Positions 1 to 11,901 are shown, counted from the first letter of the stretch. The stretch is 64,000 bases of DNA from Fibrobacter sp. (GCF_045601785.1 NZ_JAZSAF010000048.1:729-64728), one strand, 5' to 3'. Notes: generated from the letters alone by a model not told the origin. Numbers and translations are program-made.

Positions 1-1545
<1,545 letters not shown>

Positions 1546-1581
1546 TTATAAAAGTTGAATTCCATATCTTGGGTACGAACC

Positions 1582-3081
1582 TTAATAAGACGACTTATAC
1601 ACGTAGCTCCATTCACCGTACGGCTCAATTTGCTCAAGACTTTCCGGTTTATCACAATTCCAATTTTCACTTACATAGGTTGTCTTTACAATGGGAGTTC
1701 CAATAACGTCCCACTCATCGGAACCGACAACGACAAAAGCGGAATAGTGATCGCTCGAATCTTCTGGGCAGGATGTCCCGCTCTTTACAATATCTGAAAT
1801 GAAAATCCCGTTTTTATTGATATCGTAGAGTATATGTCCTTTTGCTCCAACATCTTTCACGACAACTAGATAATAAACATTGAAATTCTGATTATGCTTG
1901 TAATGGTATTCCTTATACGGCCTACTCGCCGTTTGGGGGAAGAGACGCGTAAACACAGAATCGGGCAAGCGATAAACGCCTTCTTCGCGATATGCTTTGG
2001 CTGCATCGTTATCCAAGAGTTCGTTGTAACCAACCACATCATGATTATATGTTAATTCAGGATCCGTCAAATCTACTTTGTGGGGGGCGTCTTCCCATGC
2101 GAGCTGATCTCTATAAACCCATGCAAACTGGCCTCTGTAATCGAATAACGTATGTGTTAGTGAGTCACGCCATACTTCATCTAGACTGTCTTTTGCGTTG
2201 TCAAACTCATTTTCAATCGGAGGGCACCCCTCTATCTCGCTAAGATAATATCCAAATTCGTCGAAACAATGCTTGAAATCTTTGCTATCGTCGTCAAAGG
2301 GGGCGTATCTTATGGAATCTTCTATGCATTCGTTTTCAAATTCCGCTATAGAAGAATCTAAAAATTCATCGGTACTGATTCCTTCTGGGACAAATGAGGC
2401 GCATGCCAAATTTAATCGCATATTGCGGCACCCTTCACCGAAATCCTTAAACAATCCGTTAGATTCACTGCAAGTTTGCTTGAACTGATTCAGGTAATCT
2501 GTGCAAGAGACTCCATACCCCCAATAACCATAAGAGAAATCGTTGCCTGCCGTTTTTAGAACGACCGGAACGCTATCGACCTGAACAATTTTGGTCATGA
2601 CGAGAGTTGCACCTCCCCACATGAATCCAGAAAAATCCTGGGTGTTGAGCCATATATCAAAAAGTTGCTCGCCCGAAAAATATTTTAGAGAGTCATAATA
2701 TTGCACACGAACCACACCAGGTCGGTCTTCTCCAGCTTCCATTGAGAACGGGAAAACGTCGCAAGTCCTATGAGAATCTCTACTCGGATAACTATACCTC
2801 TCTTCGGCTTTTATAACAAGAGAATATGTGCTAAAGTAATCGTTATAGCCCGCCTCGTTAGAATCAGGAATTTCTTTTTGTGAATCCAATTTTGACGAGT
2901 CTACAAGTGTGTAGATTGACTTTGCCAAAATATCTCTCTGTTCGGCGGTCAGTTCTGCAATGGGTGATGTGTTTGGTTCCGTGGTGGCGCCGGCAACGTC
3001 CGGTTCGGTGCTCGAATCGTTGGAACACGATGCCCCAAATGCTGCGAGCCCAGCGACGATTAATTTGAACAGATTCTTCAT
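1582..3081 (-). CDS. Hypothetical lipoprotein (499 aa)
   Basis: Signal peptide with lipobox (AFGAS-C) and an acidic mature region; starts 1 bp after the stop of the TIGR02147-family gene. Confidence 0.75.
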   Translation of the reverse strand: MKNLFKLIVAGLAAFGASCSNDSSTEPDVAGATTEPNTSPIAELTAEQRDILAKSIYTLVDSSKLDSQKEIPDSNEAGYNDYFSTYSLVIKAEERYSYPSRDSHRTCDVFPFSMEAGEDRPGVVRVQYYDSLKYFSGEQLFDIWLNTQDFSGFMWGGATLVMTKIVQVDSVPVVLKTAGNDFSYGYWGYGVSCTDYLNQFKQTCSESNGLFKDFGEGCRNMRLNLACASFVPEGISTDEFLDSSIAEFENECIEDSIRYAPFDDDSKDFKHCFDEFGYYLSEIEGCPPIENEFDNAKDSLDEVWRDSLTHTLFDYRGQFAWVYRDQLAWEDAPHKVDLTDPELTYNHDVVGYNELLDNDAAKAYREEGVYRLPDSVFTRLFPQTASRPYKEYHYKHNQNFNVYYLVVVKDVGAKGHILYDINKNGIFISDIVKSGTSCPEDSSDHYSAFVVVGSDEWDVIGTPIVKTTYVSENWNCDKPESLEQIEPYGEWSYVYKSSY

Positions 3082-3082
3082 G

Positions 3083-3904
3083 TTATGCCTCCTTCCCCTT
3101 GGTCAGCGGAAATAGTTGTAAATTCAATCGGTAAACTTTGTCGTATTCTTTTTCTTTGGCGGCCATGGCGACTACTTGCTGCCTTAGCGTTTCAAGCTTT
3201 TGCACCAGCCACTGGTACGTGTTTTCGGACATGCCGAGCGTAACACCCGTAATATGGCGCTCTTCGGGCGGAACCTCGTCAATAGCGGATGTCGCAAACT
3301 TGGACATCTGCCGATTCATGGAACGGAGCGCCAGGGGAATTGCCTCAGAAGAGCCCGTGACCACTTTTTCGGTCTGCTCGTAAGTGTCTTCGCCGACCTT
3401 TTTCAAGAAGTCCGCATGCGTCATAAAATCTAGGGCGTAGCGAACATCGGCTGCACTCACCACGGGGTAACACTTTCGTGCGAGTTCAAGTGGCTTTGTA
3501 CCCGGCATAATCGGGGCGAGCTCGCGTATTACGGGGTTCACCCACGATTCAAAATACTGGAACGCTTCTGCATCGACAACGCGCAGGCGGTTTTCCTTCG
3601 CGATTTTTTGCATCTCGTTGAAAGCTTGCATTTTCTTCTCGTCGCTTTTGGCATCTCCAAAATGCACCATTGCGCAAAAGTAGTCGTGATCGACTCCTTC
3701 GAGCCCCATGGCGTCGGCGACGTGTTCAATGCCGTTCTTGCTCAAACGGCTTTTGCCTTCGCAAACGAGCTTGATGTAGTTCGGCGAGCTGAAACCCGCC
3801 AGTCGAGAAAATTCACGCCACGAAAACACGGAGGTGCGTTTGCGCTCTTCGTAGTAATCGAGCATGTATTTGCGAAAATCTTGATATTCGGTGATTGGCT
3901 TCAT
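3083..3904 (-). CDS. TIGR02147/DUF4423-family protein (Fibrobacter paralogous family)
   Basis: MKPITEYQDFRKY..YY..RK..FSWREFSRLAGFSSPNY N-terminus and VYRLNLQLFPL C-terminus, both typical of the family. Confidence 0.85.
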   Translation of the reverse strand: MKPITEYQDFRKYMLDYYEERKRTSVFSWREFSRLAGFSSPNYIKLVCEGKSRLSKNGIEHVADAMGLEGVDHDYFCAMVHFGDAKSDEKKMQAFNEMQKIAKENRLRVVDAEAFQYFESWVNPVIRELAPIMPGTKPLELARKCYPVVSAADVRYALDFMTHADFLKKVGEDTYEQTEKVVTGSSEAIPLALRSMNRQMSKFATSAIDEVPPEERHITGVTLGMSENTYQWLVQKLETLRQQVVAMAAKEKEYDKVYRLNLQLFPLTKGKEA

Positions 3905-3910
3905 ACCTAT

Positions 3911-3939
3911 AAATTAGATTTAAATTTTGACCTATGCAA
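3911..3939 (-). promoter_or_regulatory. Sigma70-like promoter TTGCAT-N17-TAATTT, 6 nt before the ATG
   Basis: Read directly from the reverse complement; 17-bp spacer. Confidence 0.55.
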
Positions 3940-4331
3940 CATCTTTTCATTATACAAATACTTAAAATTTTAATGAAAATCGACAATTTTACGACTTTTT
4001 AAAAAATTTTGTAAATCTATAATACAATGTGTATTGTATGGCGGAGTTGGCCGATGTCCGTTGTTTTGTGAGTCCGCCTGCCGTTTCTCAGGAAGTTAGC
4101 TGTCTCTTTATTTGAATCGTTTAGCGGGCTTGGGAAAGTGTTGACTGAAATTTCTGTAAAATTTTTCTTTAATTTCTTGCGAAAACCTTCATTTTTGTAC
4201 AAATGTGGACTAAAATACGCGCAAAAGTTGTCCGTGGACTACGAAAAAAGTGCTTTTGTTTGACCGCAACCTCTATAAATAAGGTAGATTTAAAACGAAT
4301 GTGCAGATAAGTTCTGCAAAAAGAGGATGCT

Positions 4332-6068
4332 ATGAGTGTTTGGAAGTTGCCTGCGCCGGTCATGGGCGCGTTCGGTTTGATGTTTGCTGTGTCGTCGTAT
4401 GCGGCGGATTATGTTCCCCCTTCGACGGCGGTTTCGAAGGTTAACAGCTACCGCGGCTATTCGGAGTTGACTTCGGCCGCGTCTGGCATGGACATTGACC
4501 AGTACACCTATAACATGACCACGTGGCAAATTAGCAATGGCGGTTTTTACAAGGCCATGGCCGACAAGTACAAAAGCGCTTATTCCGGCGGGCAGAAGTC
4601 GGAATGGCGGGCCAAGGATGGCGGCGACCTCGGCACTATCGACAACAATGCAACCATCCAAGAAATGCGTTTATTGGCTCTCCGGTATAAGGAGACAACG
4701 AATTCCAACTACAAGGCTGCTTTTAAGACAAGCTTTAACAAGGCTCTGAACTTTATTCTCACCATGCAACGCTCCACGGGCGGGCTTCCGCAGGTGTGGC
4801 CCAAGCGCGGTAACTACAGCGACCACGTGACGCTCAACGACAATGCCATGGTGCGCGCTATGGTCACTATGATGGATATCGCTAACAAGACTTCGCCTTT
4901 TGATTCCGATATCATTGACGATGCGACACGAAACAAGATGAAGTCTGCACTCGACAAGGCAATTCAATACTTGCTCAAGGCGCAGATTGTGAACAATGGA
5001 AATTTGACGGTTTGGTGCGCTCAGCATGATACCGCAAATTACGCACCGCGCTCGGCCCGCGCCTATGAACTGGAATCTAAGTCAGGGAGCGAATCTGCCG
5101 GCGTTGTGTGGTTCCTGATGAATTGGCCCGAACAGACCGAAGCGATCCAGAAGGCGGTCAAGGGGGCTATTGCCTGGTATAAGAAGACTAAGGTTACGGG
5201 GCTTTACTTTAACAAGAAAGCGGGTACATTTGACAAGCGCGACGGTAATGTTTTGTGGTATCGCTTTTACGAAGTGAACAACGACAACTATTTCTTCTGC
5301 GACCGCGACGGGGCTAGCACCAAGACGCAGGACTTTACCAAAATTAGCGAAGAACGTCGCACGGGTTACCAGTGGGCGGGCGACTACGGCAGTGCGCTTC
5401 TCTCGACGGAAGCCGCTTATTTAGAAGCGCTTGAAAAGATGTCTGGCACCTACGTTCCGCCTCCGCCGCCGGCAGTACTTTGCGGGAGTGATACCTGCAA
5501 GACGTTCATCGATGGCGTGAATTTCGTGGACATCAAGGGCGCTAAAGAAACGACCAACACGGGCTTTGTGGGCGAGGGCTATGCGAATGTAGACAACGAA
5601 ACGGGTAGCTACGTGACCTACGGCGTAACTGCTGCCAAGGCGGGCAAGTACACGCTCTACATCAGCTTTGCAAACGGCGGCAGCTCCGCTCGCGGCTACA
5701 GCATCAGCGTGGGCGACAAGACGCTTTTGTCTGACGGTAGCATGGAATCGACCGGCGCTTGGACGACTTGGAAAACACAGTCGGTAGAAATCGAATTAGA
5801 TGCGGGCTACAGCGAACTCAAGTTTACAAGTACGGGTAGCGACGGCATGGCGAACATCGATTACATCGGCTGGATGAGTGCTGATTTGTACGTGGGCAAA
5901 AAGGAACTCGGCGAAGATTCGACGACTGTTATCGGAGTTCGCTCGGTACAGGCCTCCCCGACAAGAGCCAGCCGCTACTACGTAGATTTCGGTAGCCGTG
6001 GCAACGCCGCAGGCGTTTACCTGAAAAAAGCGGACGGGAAAGTGTTTAAAGTGAATGGAAAGAGGTAG
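4332..6068 (+). CDS. Pectate lyase family PL10 (PelA-like) with C-terminal CBM35-like module, secreted
   Basis: GTIDNNAT, GGLPQVWP, TLNDNAMV, WCAQHD, ARAYEL and WYRFYE motifs; signal peptide; GFVGEGY..VDN..GS CBM35/CBM6-like domain. Confidence 0.9.
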   Translation: MSVWKLPAPVMGAFGLMFAVSSYAADYVPPSTAVSKVNSYRGYSELTSAASGMDIDQYTYNMTTWQISNGGFYKAMADKYKSAYSGGQKSEWRAKDGGDLGTIDNNATIQEMRLLALRYKETTNSNYKAAFKTSFNKALNFILTMQRSTGGLPQVWPKRGNYSDHVTLNDNAMVRAMVTMMDIANKTSPFDSDIIDDATRNKMKSALDKAIQYLLKAQIVNNGNLTVWCAQHDTANYAPRSARAYELESKSGSESAGVVWFLMNWPEQTEAIQKAVKGAIAWYKKTKVTGLYFNKKAGTFDKRDGNVLWYRFYEVNNDNYFFCDRDGASTKTQDFTKISEERRTGYQWAGDYGSALLSTEAAYLEALEKMSGTYVPPPPPAVLCGSDTCKTFIDGVNFVDIKGAKETTNTGFVGEGYANVDNETGSYVTYGVTAAKAGKYTLYISFANGGSSARGYSISVGDKTLLSDGSMESTGAWTTWKTQSVEIELDAGYSELKFTSTGSDGMANIDYIGWMSADLYVGKKELGEDSTTVIGVRSVQASPTRASRYYVDFGSRGNAAGVYLKKADGKVFKVNGKR

Positions 6069-6088
6069 CGCCCTTTAGTAGAAAAGGA

Positions 6089-6113
6089 GATGCCGGGTCA
6101 AGCCCGGCATGAC
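6089..6113 (-). repeat. Solitary copy of the GTC-tagged REP palindrome (GTCATGCCGGGCTTGACCCGGCATC on the minus strand)
   Basis: One mismatch from the GTCATGCCGGGCTTGTCCCGGCATC units of the 18386-19640 array. Confidence 0.85.
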
Positions 6114-6134
6114 AAGGAAGAAAGGAATGGTTTT

Positions 6135-8249
6135 GTGTTGAATGGTGTTACATCAAAAATCTGTCTACTTGCGGCTTTAGGCTTCGCAGTTTCTGCCTCC
6201 GCGGTCGAGAAAAAGAAAATCGATTTCGTGGTCGGTGTCGATGGCGACTTTAAAGCTGCTGTTACTGCGGCTGGCAAGTCGGGAGCATCTGTGAACAACC
6301 GCTTCGTCATCTTTGTTCCCGATGGCGAATACGACATCACCAAGCTTACGGGGGACAGCCACGGAAAATCGACTGTGAGCGCGTCGTACCTCTCGATTAT
6401 CGGGCAGAGCCTTGAAAAGACGATCATCGCGAACGTAACCGACACCGAGGGCATCAGCCTCACGGCGACCATATACTTCCCGAAAAACAACGAAATATAC
6501 ATGCAGGATATCACCCTGCAGAATAAGGGCTCCTATAACTCAGGCAATGCGGCGCGTCAGGTGGCACTGCAGCAGAATGAAGGCGACAAGTTTGTCTACA
6601 AGAACGTGCGGCTTTTGAGCGGCCAGGATACCTACTATACCAAGAAGGGCCGCACCTACTGGGAAGGCGGCGAAATTGACGGAACCGTAGACTTTATCTG
6701 CGGTGGCGGCGATGTGTTCTTCGAAGGAACCAAACTTGTGATGACCCGAAACGGCGGCTACATCACCGCATCGCAAAATCCGGGTGACTGGGGCTATGTT
6801 TTCAACAACGCGACCATCACGGTGAGTAACAACAGTTTCAACGGCACATTCTACCTAGGACGTTCCTGGGGCCACGCAAAGACGGTATTTTTGAATACGA
6901 AAATGATTGCGCAGCCCAAGGGCGAAGGCTGGGGTCCCGACATGAATTCCGCTCCGCAGGTCTTTGGTGAATACAACAGCAAAGACGGCAACGGCAATGC
7001 GGTAAATACCAGCCAGCGTAAGACCTATTTTAATGGTGGCAAGGATGCCTCGACGGCGACCACGCTCAAGACGGTGTGGAATGCAAGCGATGCCGCAAAG
7101 TACACTCTTCAAAATGTGCTCAAGGGGAGTGACAACTGGGACCCAACCAAGTTGACGGCCCAGGTAAGCGCTCCGAAAATTGCGCAGGAAGGAGCCGAAA
7201 TTGTCTGGGCGGACAACGATGATGCCCGCTGCTGGGTTGTGTTCGTGAACGGCAAGTACAAGGCGAATGTCATTGCCCCGAGTTTTTCGCTTGAAGGTAT
7301 CGCGGTGGGCTCCAAGATTACAGTGCGTGCTGCAAATTCCATGGGCGGCCTCGGAGCCTATTCCAACGAAGTTGCGACGGTAGACGCAAACGCTACCTAC
7401 TACAAGGTGACGCTTGGCGACGCCATCGGTGGCAATGTCAAGACAAACCTCAGCAGCGACAAGGTCTTGGAAGGAAAGACTGCAATCTTTGCCGCAGAAC
7501 CGAACGAAGGCTGGACTTTTGCAGGCTGGAGCGGCAAGAGTGCGAGCCTGGTCGATGCGAGCAAGGCAACGGTCGAAATCGTCGCGGACCGCGACATCGA
7601 ACTCATTCCGAGCTTTACCGCTAAGGGCACGACCGTGTTCCAGGTAGAAGATGGGAACATTACGAATGCCGCTGCCGAAAGCAATAACGCAGGATTTAAC
7701 GGAAGCGCTTTCGTGAACTTTGCTGCCGGCGACTTGAGCATGATGCAGGTCCCTGTATATGCTGATGTCGCGGGCGAGTACGAAGTTATGGTGCGCTACG
7801 CCAACGGTAGCGGCAAGGCGCGCATGCTTGCGGCTGCCGCACCCGGCGTCTGCACCACAGGAATTGATGGCTGCAAGAGTGCCGAAACGCTTACATTTGA
7901 AGCGACCGAAAGTTGGACGACCTGGGACACTTTATCGATAACCGCGAAGCTCCCTGCTGGGGCCAGCTACTTTACCTTTGCGACTATCGCCGGAAATGAC
8001 GGCCCGAATCTGGATCAGCTGGAACTAAAGTTGGTCAAGGCTGACGAAACCACATCCGTTCGCGGGCTTGCAACTCCGAGCCAGACGCTCACTCCGACAA
8101 CTCGCGTGCGCCTGTTTACCTTGACGGGGCAGCTGGTTCGTGAATTCGTGGGCTCGACGGTAAACACCGAGAAACTTGCGCCGGGCGTATACCTGCTCCA
8201 AACGCAGAATGGTGCTGCGTTCCGCCAGCAAATCATCCGCGTGAAGTAG
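6135..8249 (+). CDS. Pectinesterase (CE8) with CBM35-like module and C-terminal sorting tail
   Basis: QVAL, GQDTYY, EGTVDFICGGG and YLGRSWG CE8 motifs; CBM35-like C-terminal domain. Start moved to GTG 6135 (or TTG 6138) because the ORF-track ATG at 6090 lies inside the REP. Confidence 0.88.
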   Translation: MLNGVTSKICLLAALGFAVSASAVEKKKIDFVVGVDGDFKAAVTAAGKSGASVNNRFVIFVPDGEYDITKLTGDSHGKSTVSASYLSIIGQSLEKTIIANVTDTEGISLTATIYFPKNNEIYMQDITLQNKGSYNSGNAARQVALQQNEGDKFVYKNVRLLSGQDTYYTKKGRTYWEGGEIDGTVDFICGGGDVFFEGTKLVMTRNGGYITASQNPGDWGYVFNNATITVSNNSFNGTFYLGRSWGHAKTVFLNTKMIAQPKGEGWGPDMNSAPQVFGEYNSKDGNGNAVNTSQRKTYFNGGKDASTATTLKTVWNASDAAKYTLQNVLKGSDNWDPTKLTAQVSAPKIAQEGAEIVWADNDDARCWVVFVNGKYKANVIAPSFSLEGIAVGSKITVRAANSMGGLGAYSNEVATVDANATYYKVTLGDAIGGNVKTNLSSDKVLEGKTAIFAAEPNEGWTFAGWSGKSASLVDASKATVEIVADRDIELIPSFTAKGTTVFQVEDGNITNAAAESNNAGFNGSAFVNFAAGDLSMMQVPVYADVAGEYEVMVRYANGSGKARMLAAAAPGVCTTGIDGCKSAETLTFEATESWTTWDTLSITAKLPAGASYFTFATIAGNDGPNLDQLELKLVKADETTSVRGLATPSQTLTPTTRVRLFTLTGQLVREFVGSTVNTEKLAPGVYLLQTQNGAAFRQQIIRVK

Positions 8250-8312
8250 CGGGCGTTGCGGGGCGGCGTCTGAGCCCCGCTCGATGGGGTAGTGAACAAC
8301 GAAGTGTGAACG

Positions 8313-8336
8313 AGGGGCAGACTTGCCCCTTTTTTT
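8313..8336 (+). terminator. Rho-independent terminator after the pectinesterase gene
   Basis: AGGGGCA-gact-TGCCCCT followed by a T-run. Confidence 0.7.
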
Positions 8337-8418
8337 ATAAAACTCACATTACACACCTCACACTTCACACCTCACACCACTCACCCCGCACTTCACACTT
8401 TACTATATTGCTCCTTGT

Positions 8419-9357
8419 ATGTTAGGCATTGAACAGAAAAAAGGAAACGACGAGAATTTATGCGGTCGCATGATTGCGTACGCCAAGATTTTGCCAAACC
8501 CCGATGAACAGGAAAGTGGCACTCCATTTGACGACATGATCAAGAATGGTCTGTTGACGTTGGAAGGAGATTTTCGCATGTTCTCGCCTCGCGTGCCCAG
8601 CAAGAAGGCGATCGACCGTGCGGTTGATGACAAAATCAACGACATGCTCGAATCTATGGAAGCCGATGGCGTTGACTTGCCGTCTGACATGGATGTCGAA
8701 AAGGTGCGTGACCGCCTGCATGAACTTTCGAGCATGGAAGTAATTCCGATTCCGGCAAAGATCGGAAACTTCTCGCAAGAAGAAGACATCCTGAAAGAGG
8801 ATGCCGACATCTACTATATCGGAGAATTCATCGGAGCTAACCAGGCTCATTTCTGCCTTACGACGCTTCCGATTTATTATCAGGCACGGTTTCGCGAGCA
8901 GGCACGCAAGAAAGAGATGGACTTCTTGAACGACGCTCTCGAACAGATTGAATCTGGCGCGTTTGTCGATACCGAGGACTTGCAAAACGATTCCGAGGAA
9001 CTTTTCCCCAAGGGCCTTACGCTGAACACCTTCGTGGGTGACCTGGGTAAGCTGCTGAACACGCGCGTGATTCCATTTTTGCTTGCGCTTGAAACCGATG
9101 CGCAATACGACGAACAAATCAAGTTGTTCTACGACTTTATGAAGGGTTACCCAGCGCAGGCCGATATCAAGTTGATCGACCTTGCAATTCGTGACTTGCG
9201 CAATCAAAAGGGGTCGGCGCTTGCACGCCGGATTTTGGAACTGGGATGTCAGAAAATTGATGCCATCTACAACGAAAATACGCAGAAGGCTAACGAAATC
9301 GCAGAAGAAATCGTCAAGTTCGCTAGGGAAAGAAATAGCGGGGAGCAGATCGTATGA
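8419..9357 (+). CDS. Hypothetical protein (312 aa, acidic), coupled to the M16 peptidase gene
   Basis: Long ORF with host-like codon usage; 4-nt ATGA overlap with the next gene. Confidence 0.75.
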   Translation: MLGIEQKKGNDENLCGRMIAYAKILPNPDEQESGTPFDDMIKNGLLTLEGDFRMFSPRVPSKKAIDRAVDDKINDMLESMEADGVDLPSDMDVEKVRDRLHELSSMEVIPIPAKIGNFSQEEDILKEDADIYYIGEFIGANQAHFCLTTLPIYYQARFREQARKKEMDFLNDALEQIESGAFVDTEDLQNDSEELFPKGLTLNTFVGDLGKLLNTRVIPFLLALETDAQYDEQIKLFYDFMKGYPAQADIKLIDLAIRDLRNQKGSALARRILELGCQKIDAIYNENTQKANEIAEEIVKFARERNSGEQIV

Positions 9358-10814
9358 TTAATTGGCTCAAGAAAGTTTCGTGCGGCGTGGCGCTGCTTGC
9401 TGCAACACAGTCCTTTGCCCAGGTGAACCTGGTGGTCCACAAAGAAGTTTTGCCCAACGGGCTCACGGTGCTTTTGCACCCGAACAAGCAGGCTCCTACG
9501 GTGAGCTGCCGCCTGTTCTATGTGACAGGTTCGGTGCACGAGGTTCCGGGAAGGTCCGGCCTTGCGCACATTCTGGAACATGAACTCTTTAAGGGCACCA
9601 AGAAGGTGGGCATTACCGACAGCATTGCCGATGCGAAATTTATGGCGACGCAGGACAGCCTGCAGGCCTTGATTCGCCCGGCGATTATCGCAGGTGATTC
9701 CGCGACGGTTAAGAAGCTTACCGCCGAACACGATTCCGTGGTGAACGAGCACCGCAAGATTTTTGTGAAGGACGAACTCTGGAGCGCCTACCAGGCTGCC
9801 GGTGGCACGGGCCTGAACGCCTTTACGAGCGATCTCATGACCGCCTATATCGTGACGCTCCCTAAAGACAAAATTGAACTTTTCATGTGGCTGGAATCCG
9901 ACCGCATGCAGAACGCCGTACTCCGTGAATTCTACTCGGAACGCATGGTCGTGCGCGAGGAACGCCGCATGCGCTACGACGACAAGCCGATGGGTCGCTT
10001 TGTCGAAACGCTCAATTCCATGATCTACGAGGCGTTCCCGTATCGCGTGCCGACTATCGGCTGGCCGAGCGACATCATGAACCTGACTCGTGAAATGGCC
10101 GATGAACATTACCGCAAGTACTACAAGCCGCGCAATGCGATTCTCGTGCTGGCGGGCGATATCGATACGACCGCTACCATGGAGATGGTGAAGAAGTATT
10201 TTGAACCGATTCCCTCCGGCGAGGCCTTCCCACCGCTGACCATTCGCGACCCTGAGCAGGCCGGCGAAAAGCGCCTGACCGTTAAGCGTCCGGATGCTCC
10301 GAATCTTTACGCCCTGACTTTTACGACTCCCGAAGTCGGCGACTCGATTCTCTATTCGCTGGACATTGCCGAGGGCGTTTTGAATGGTCGCTCCGGAAGG
10401 CTCTACAAGCGCCTGGTGCAAGAAGAAAAGCTTGCCGTGAGCGTGAGTGCAAGCAATAGTCCGAACAAGTATGTATCTGAATTCGGCGTGTCGGTGAATA
10501 TGCGCCCGGATGCAGACCCTGCGAAGGTCGAAAAAATCGTGTGGGAAGAGCTCGAAAAGCTGAAGACCGAAACGGTGAGCGAACGCGACTTCCAGAAGGT
10601 GAAAAATCGCGCCTACGCGAGCTTGGTGCGTAGCCTGACGGACATGGAAAATGTGGCGACGATGCTTGCCTGGTACGAAATGTACGGCGACTACCGCATA
10701 TTCCTCAACTGGGCGGATCACCTGAACAAGGTCTCTGCTGCCGATGTGCAGGCCGCTGCTCAAAAGACCTTTGTCCGCGAAAAGAGCGTCGCCGGTTTCC
10801 TGCTTAAAAAGTAA
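9354..10814 (+). CDS. M16 (pitrilysin/insulinase) family zinc peptidase, secreted
   Basis: Inverted zinc motif HILEH (GLAHILEHELFKGT), NAFTS, and VVREERR. Confidence 0.9.
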   Translation: MINWLKKVSCGVALLAATQSFAQVNLVVHKEVLPNGLTVLLHPNKQAPTVSCRLFYVTGSVHEVPGRSGLAHILEHELFKGTKKVGITDSIADAKFMATQDSLQALIRPAIIAGDSATVKKLTAEHDSVVNEHRKIFVKDELWSAYQAAGGTGLNAFTSDLMTAYIVTLPKDKIELFMWLESDRMQNAVLREFYSERMVVREERRMRYDDKPMGRFVETLNSMIYEAFPYRVPTIGWPSDIMNLTREMADEHYRKYYKPRNAILVLAGDIDTTATMEMVKKYFEPIPSGEAFPPLTIRDPEQAGEKRLTVKRPDAPNLYALTFTTPEVGDSILYSLDIAEGVLNGRSGRLYKRLVQEEKLAVSVSASNSPNKYVSEFGVSVNMRPDADPAKVEKIVWEELEKLKTETVSERDFQKVKNRAYASLVRSLTDMENVATMLAWYEMYGDYRIFLNWADHLNKVSAADVQAAAQKTFVREKSVAGFLLKK

Positions 10815-10851
10815 TCCCTTTAATGCGAGCCTGTAGGGGCGCGGCAATCCA

Positions 10852-11751
10852 CTATACTTTGTTCGGATCGTAGGGGTCGATGTGCACGAGCGCATCGACT
10901 ACATTTTCGCCCGCCTCAATAATGCGGCGTTCCACCTCTTCGGCTAGGTCGTGTGCGGCCAAGAGTGTCATGTCGGCAGGGACGACCACGTGTAAATCTA
11001 CATGCAAGTCGCTGCCCACGTAGCGCGTGCGGAACCCGTGGATGCTAATCACGTTTGGGCATGCGAGTGCGATTTCCTTTAACTTTTGGGCCACCTCGGC
11101 GCTTGCGCCTTCGTCGGCCACGCGGTGGATTCCGGGCCACGCAATTTCAAAGCCCGAATGCAGAATGAATACTGAAACGATGATCGCGCCCACGGAGTCT
11201 GCAAACCAGAGCGTCGGGAAAAGAATCCCGAACAAGACCGCGATCAAAACAGGAATAGAACTGTAGGCGTCGCTTCGGTGGTGCCAAGCGTTTGCCTCGA
11301 CGGCCTCGCTGCGGATGGCGCGACCCTTCGCCCGCGTGTAGCGGAAAAGCGCCTCTTTCACGATGATTGAAACCGCCGCCATCACCGCCGCAATCCATTC
11401 GGGGTGCGACTGCTCGCCGTTTTTTAAGGTGATGACTGCGTTGTAGCCGAGCCCGATGCCCACGGCACACACGGCAAGCCCGATGCCTACCGAAATCAAG
11501 GTCTCGAATCGCCTGTGCCCATACGGGTGCTCCGCATCGGGCGGTGCATTCCAGAATTTGGAACCCACAATAATGGCGATGTCCGTAGTAAAATCAGATG
11601 CGCTGTGAATAGCATCGGCAATAAGTGCTTGGGATCCGCCAAAATAACCCGCAAAAAACTTGCCTACCGACAAGACCACGTTCCAGCCGAGCCCTACCCA
11701 CGTGACGCGGCGGACTTCTGCGGAATCATCTTTTTTAGCAATGCGAGTCAT
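10852..11751 (-). CDS. Cation diffusion facilitator (CDF/FieF-like) transporter
   Basis: ALIADAIHSASD, HPYGHRRFE and HHRSD motifs; C-terminal VHIDP. Confidence 0.92.
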   Translation of the reverse strand: MTRIAKKDDSAEVRRVTWVGLGWNVVLSVGKFFAGYFGGSQALIADAIHSASDFTTDIAIIVGSKFWNAPPDAEHPYGHRRFETLISVGIGLAVCAVGIGLGYNAVITLKNGEQSHPEWIAAVMAAVSIIVKEALFRYTRAKGRAIRSEAVEANAWHHRSDAYSSIPVLIAVLFGILFPTLWFADSVGAIIVSVFILHSGFEIAWPGIHRVADEGASAEVAQKLKEIALACPNVISIHGFRTRYVGSDLHVDLHVVVPADMTLLAAHDLAEEVERRIIEAGENVVDALVHIDPYDPNKV

Positions 11752-11901
11752 CGGTAGTAGGAAGTAGGCAGTGGTTAGTGATTAATGCTGCATAATATAA
11801 AAAATTGGGAATAAACTCTTGCGAATAGGCAACCTTTTGTCGTTCAAGCGCATCTAATTATTCGAAAAACGGGCGAGACTTTCTATTTTTGGGTTGCGTT
11901 T

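Noticed and set aside
6090-6134. ORF-track N-terminal extension of the pectinesterase
   Set aside because: The ATG lies inside a REP palindrome; the signal peptide and AAGGA spacing point to a start at about 6135-6138.
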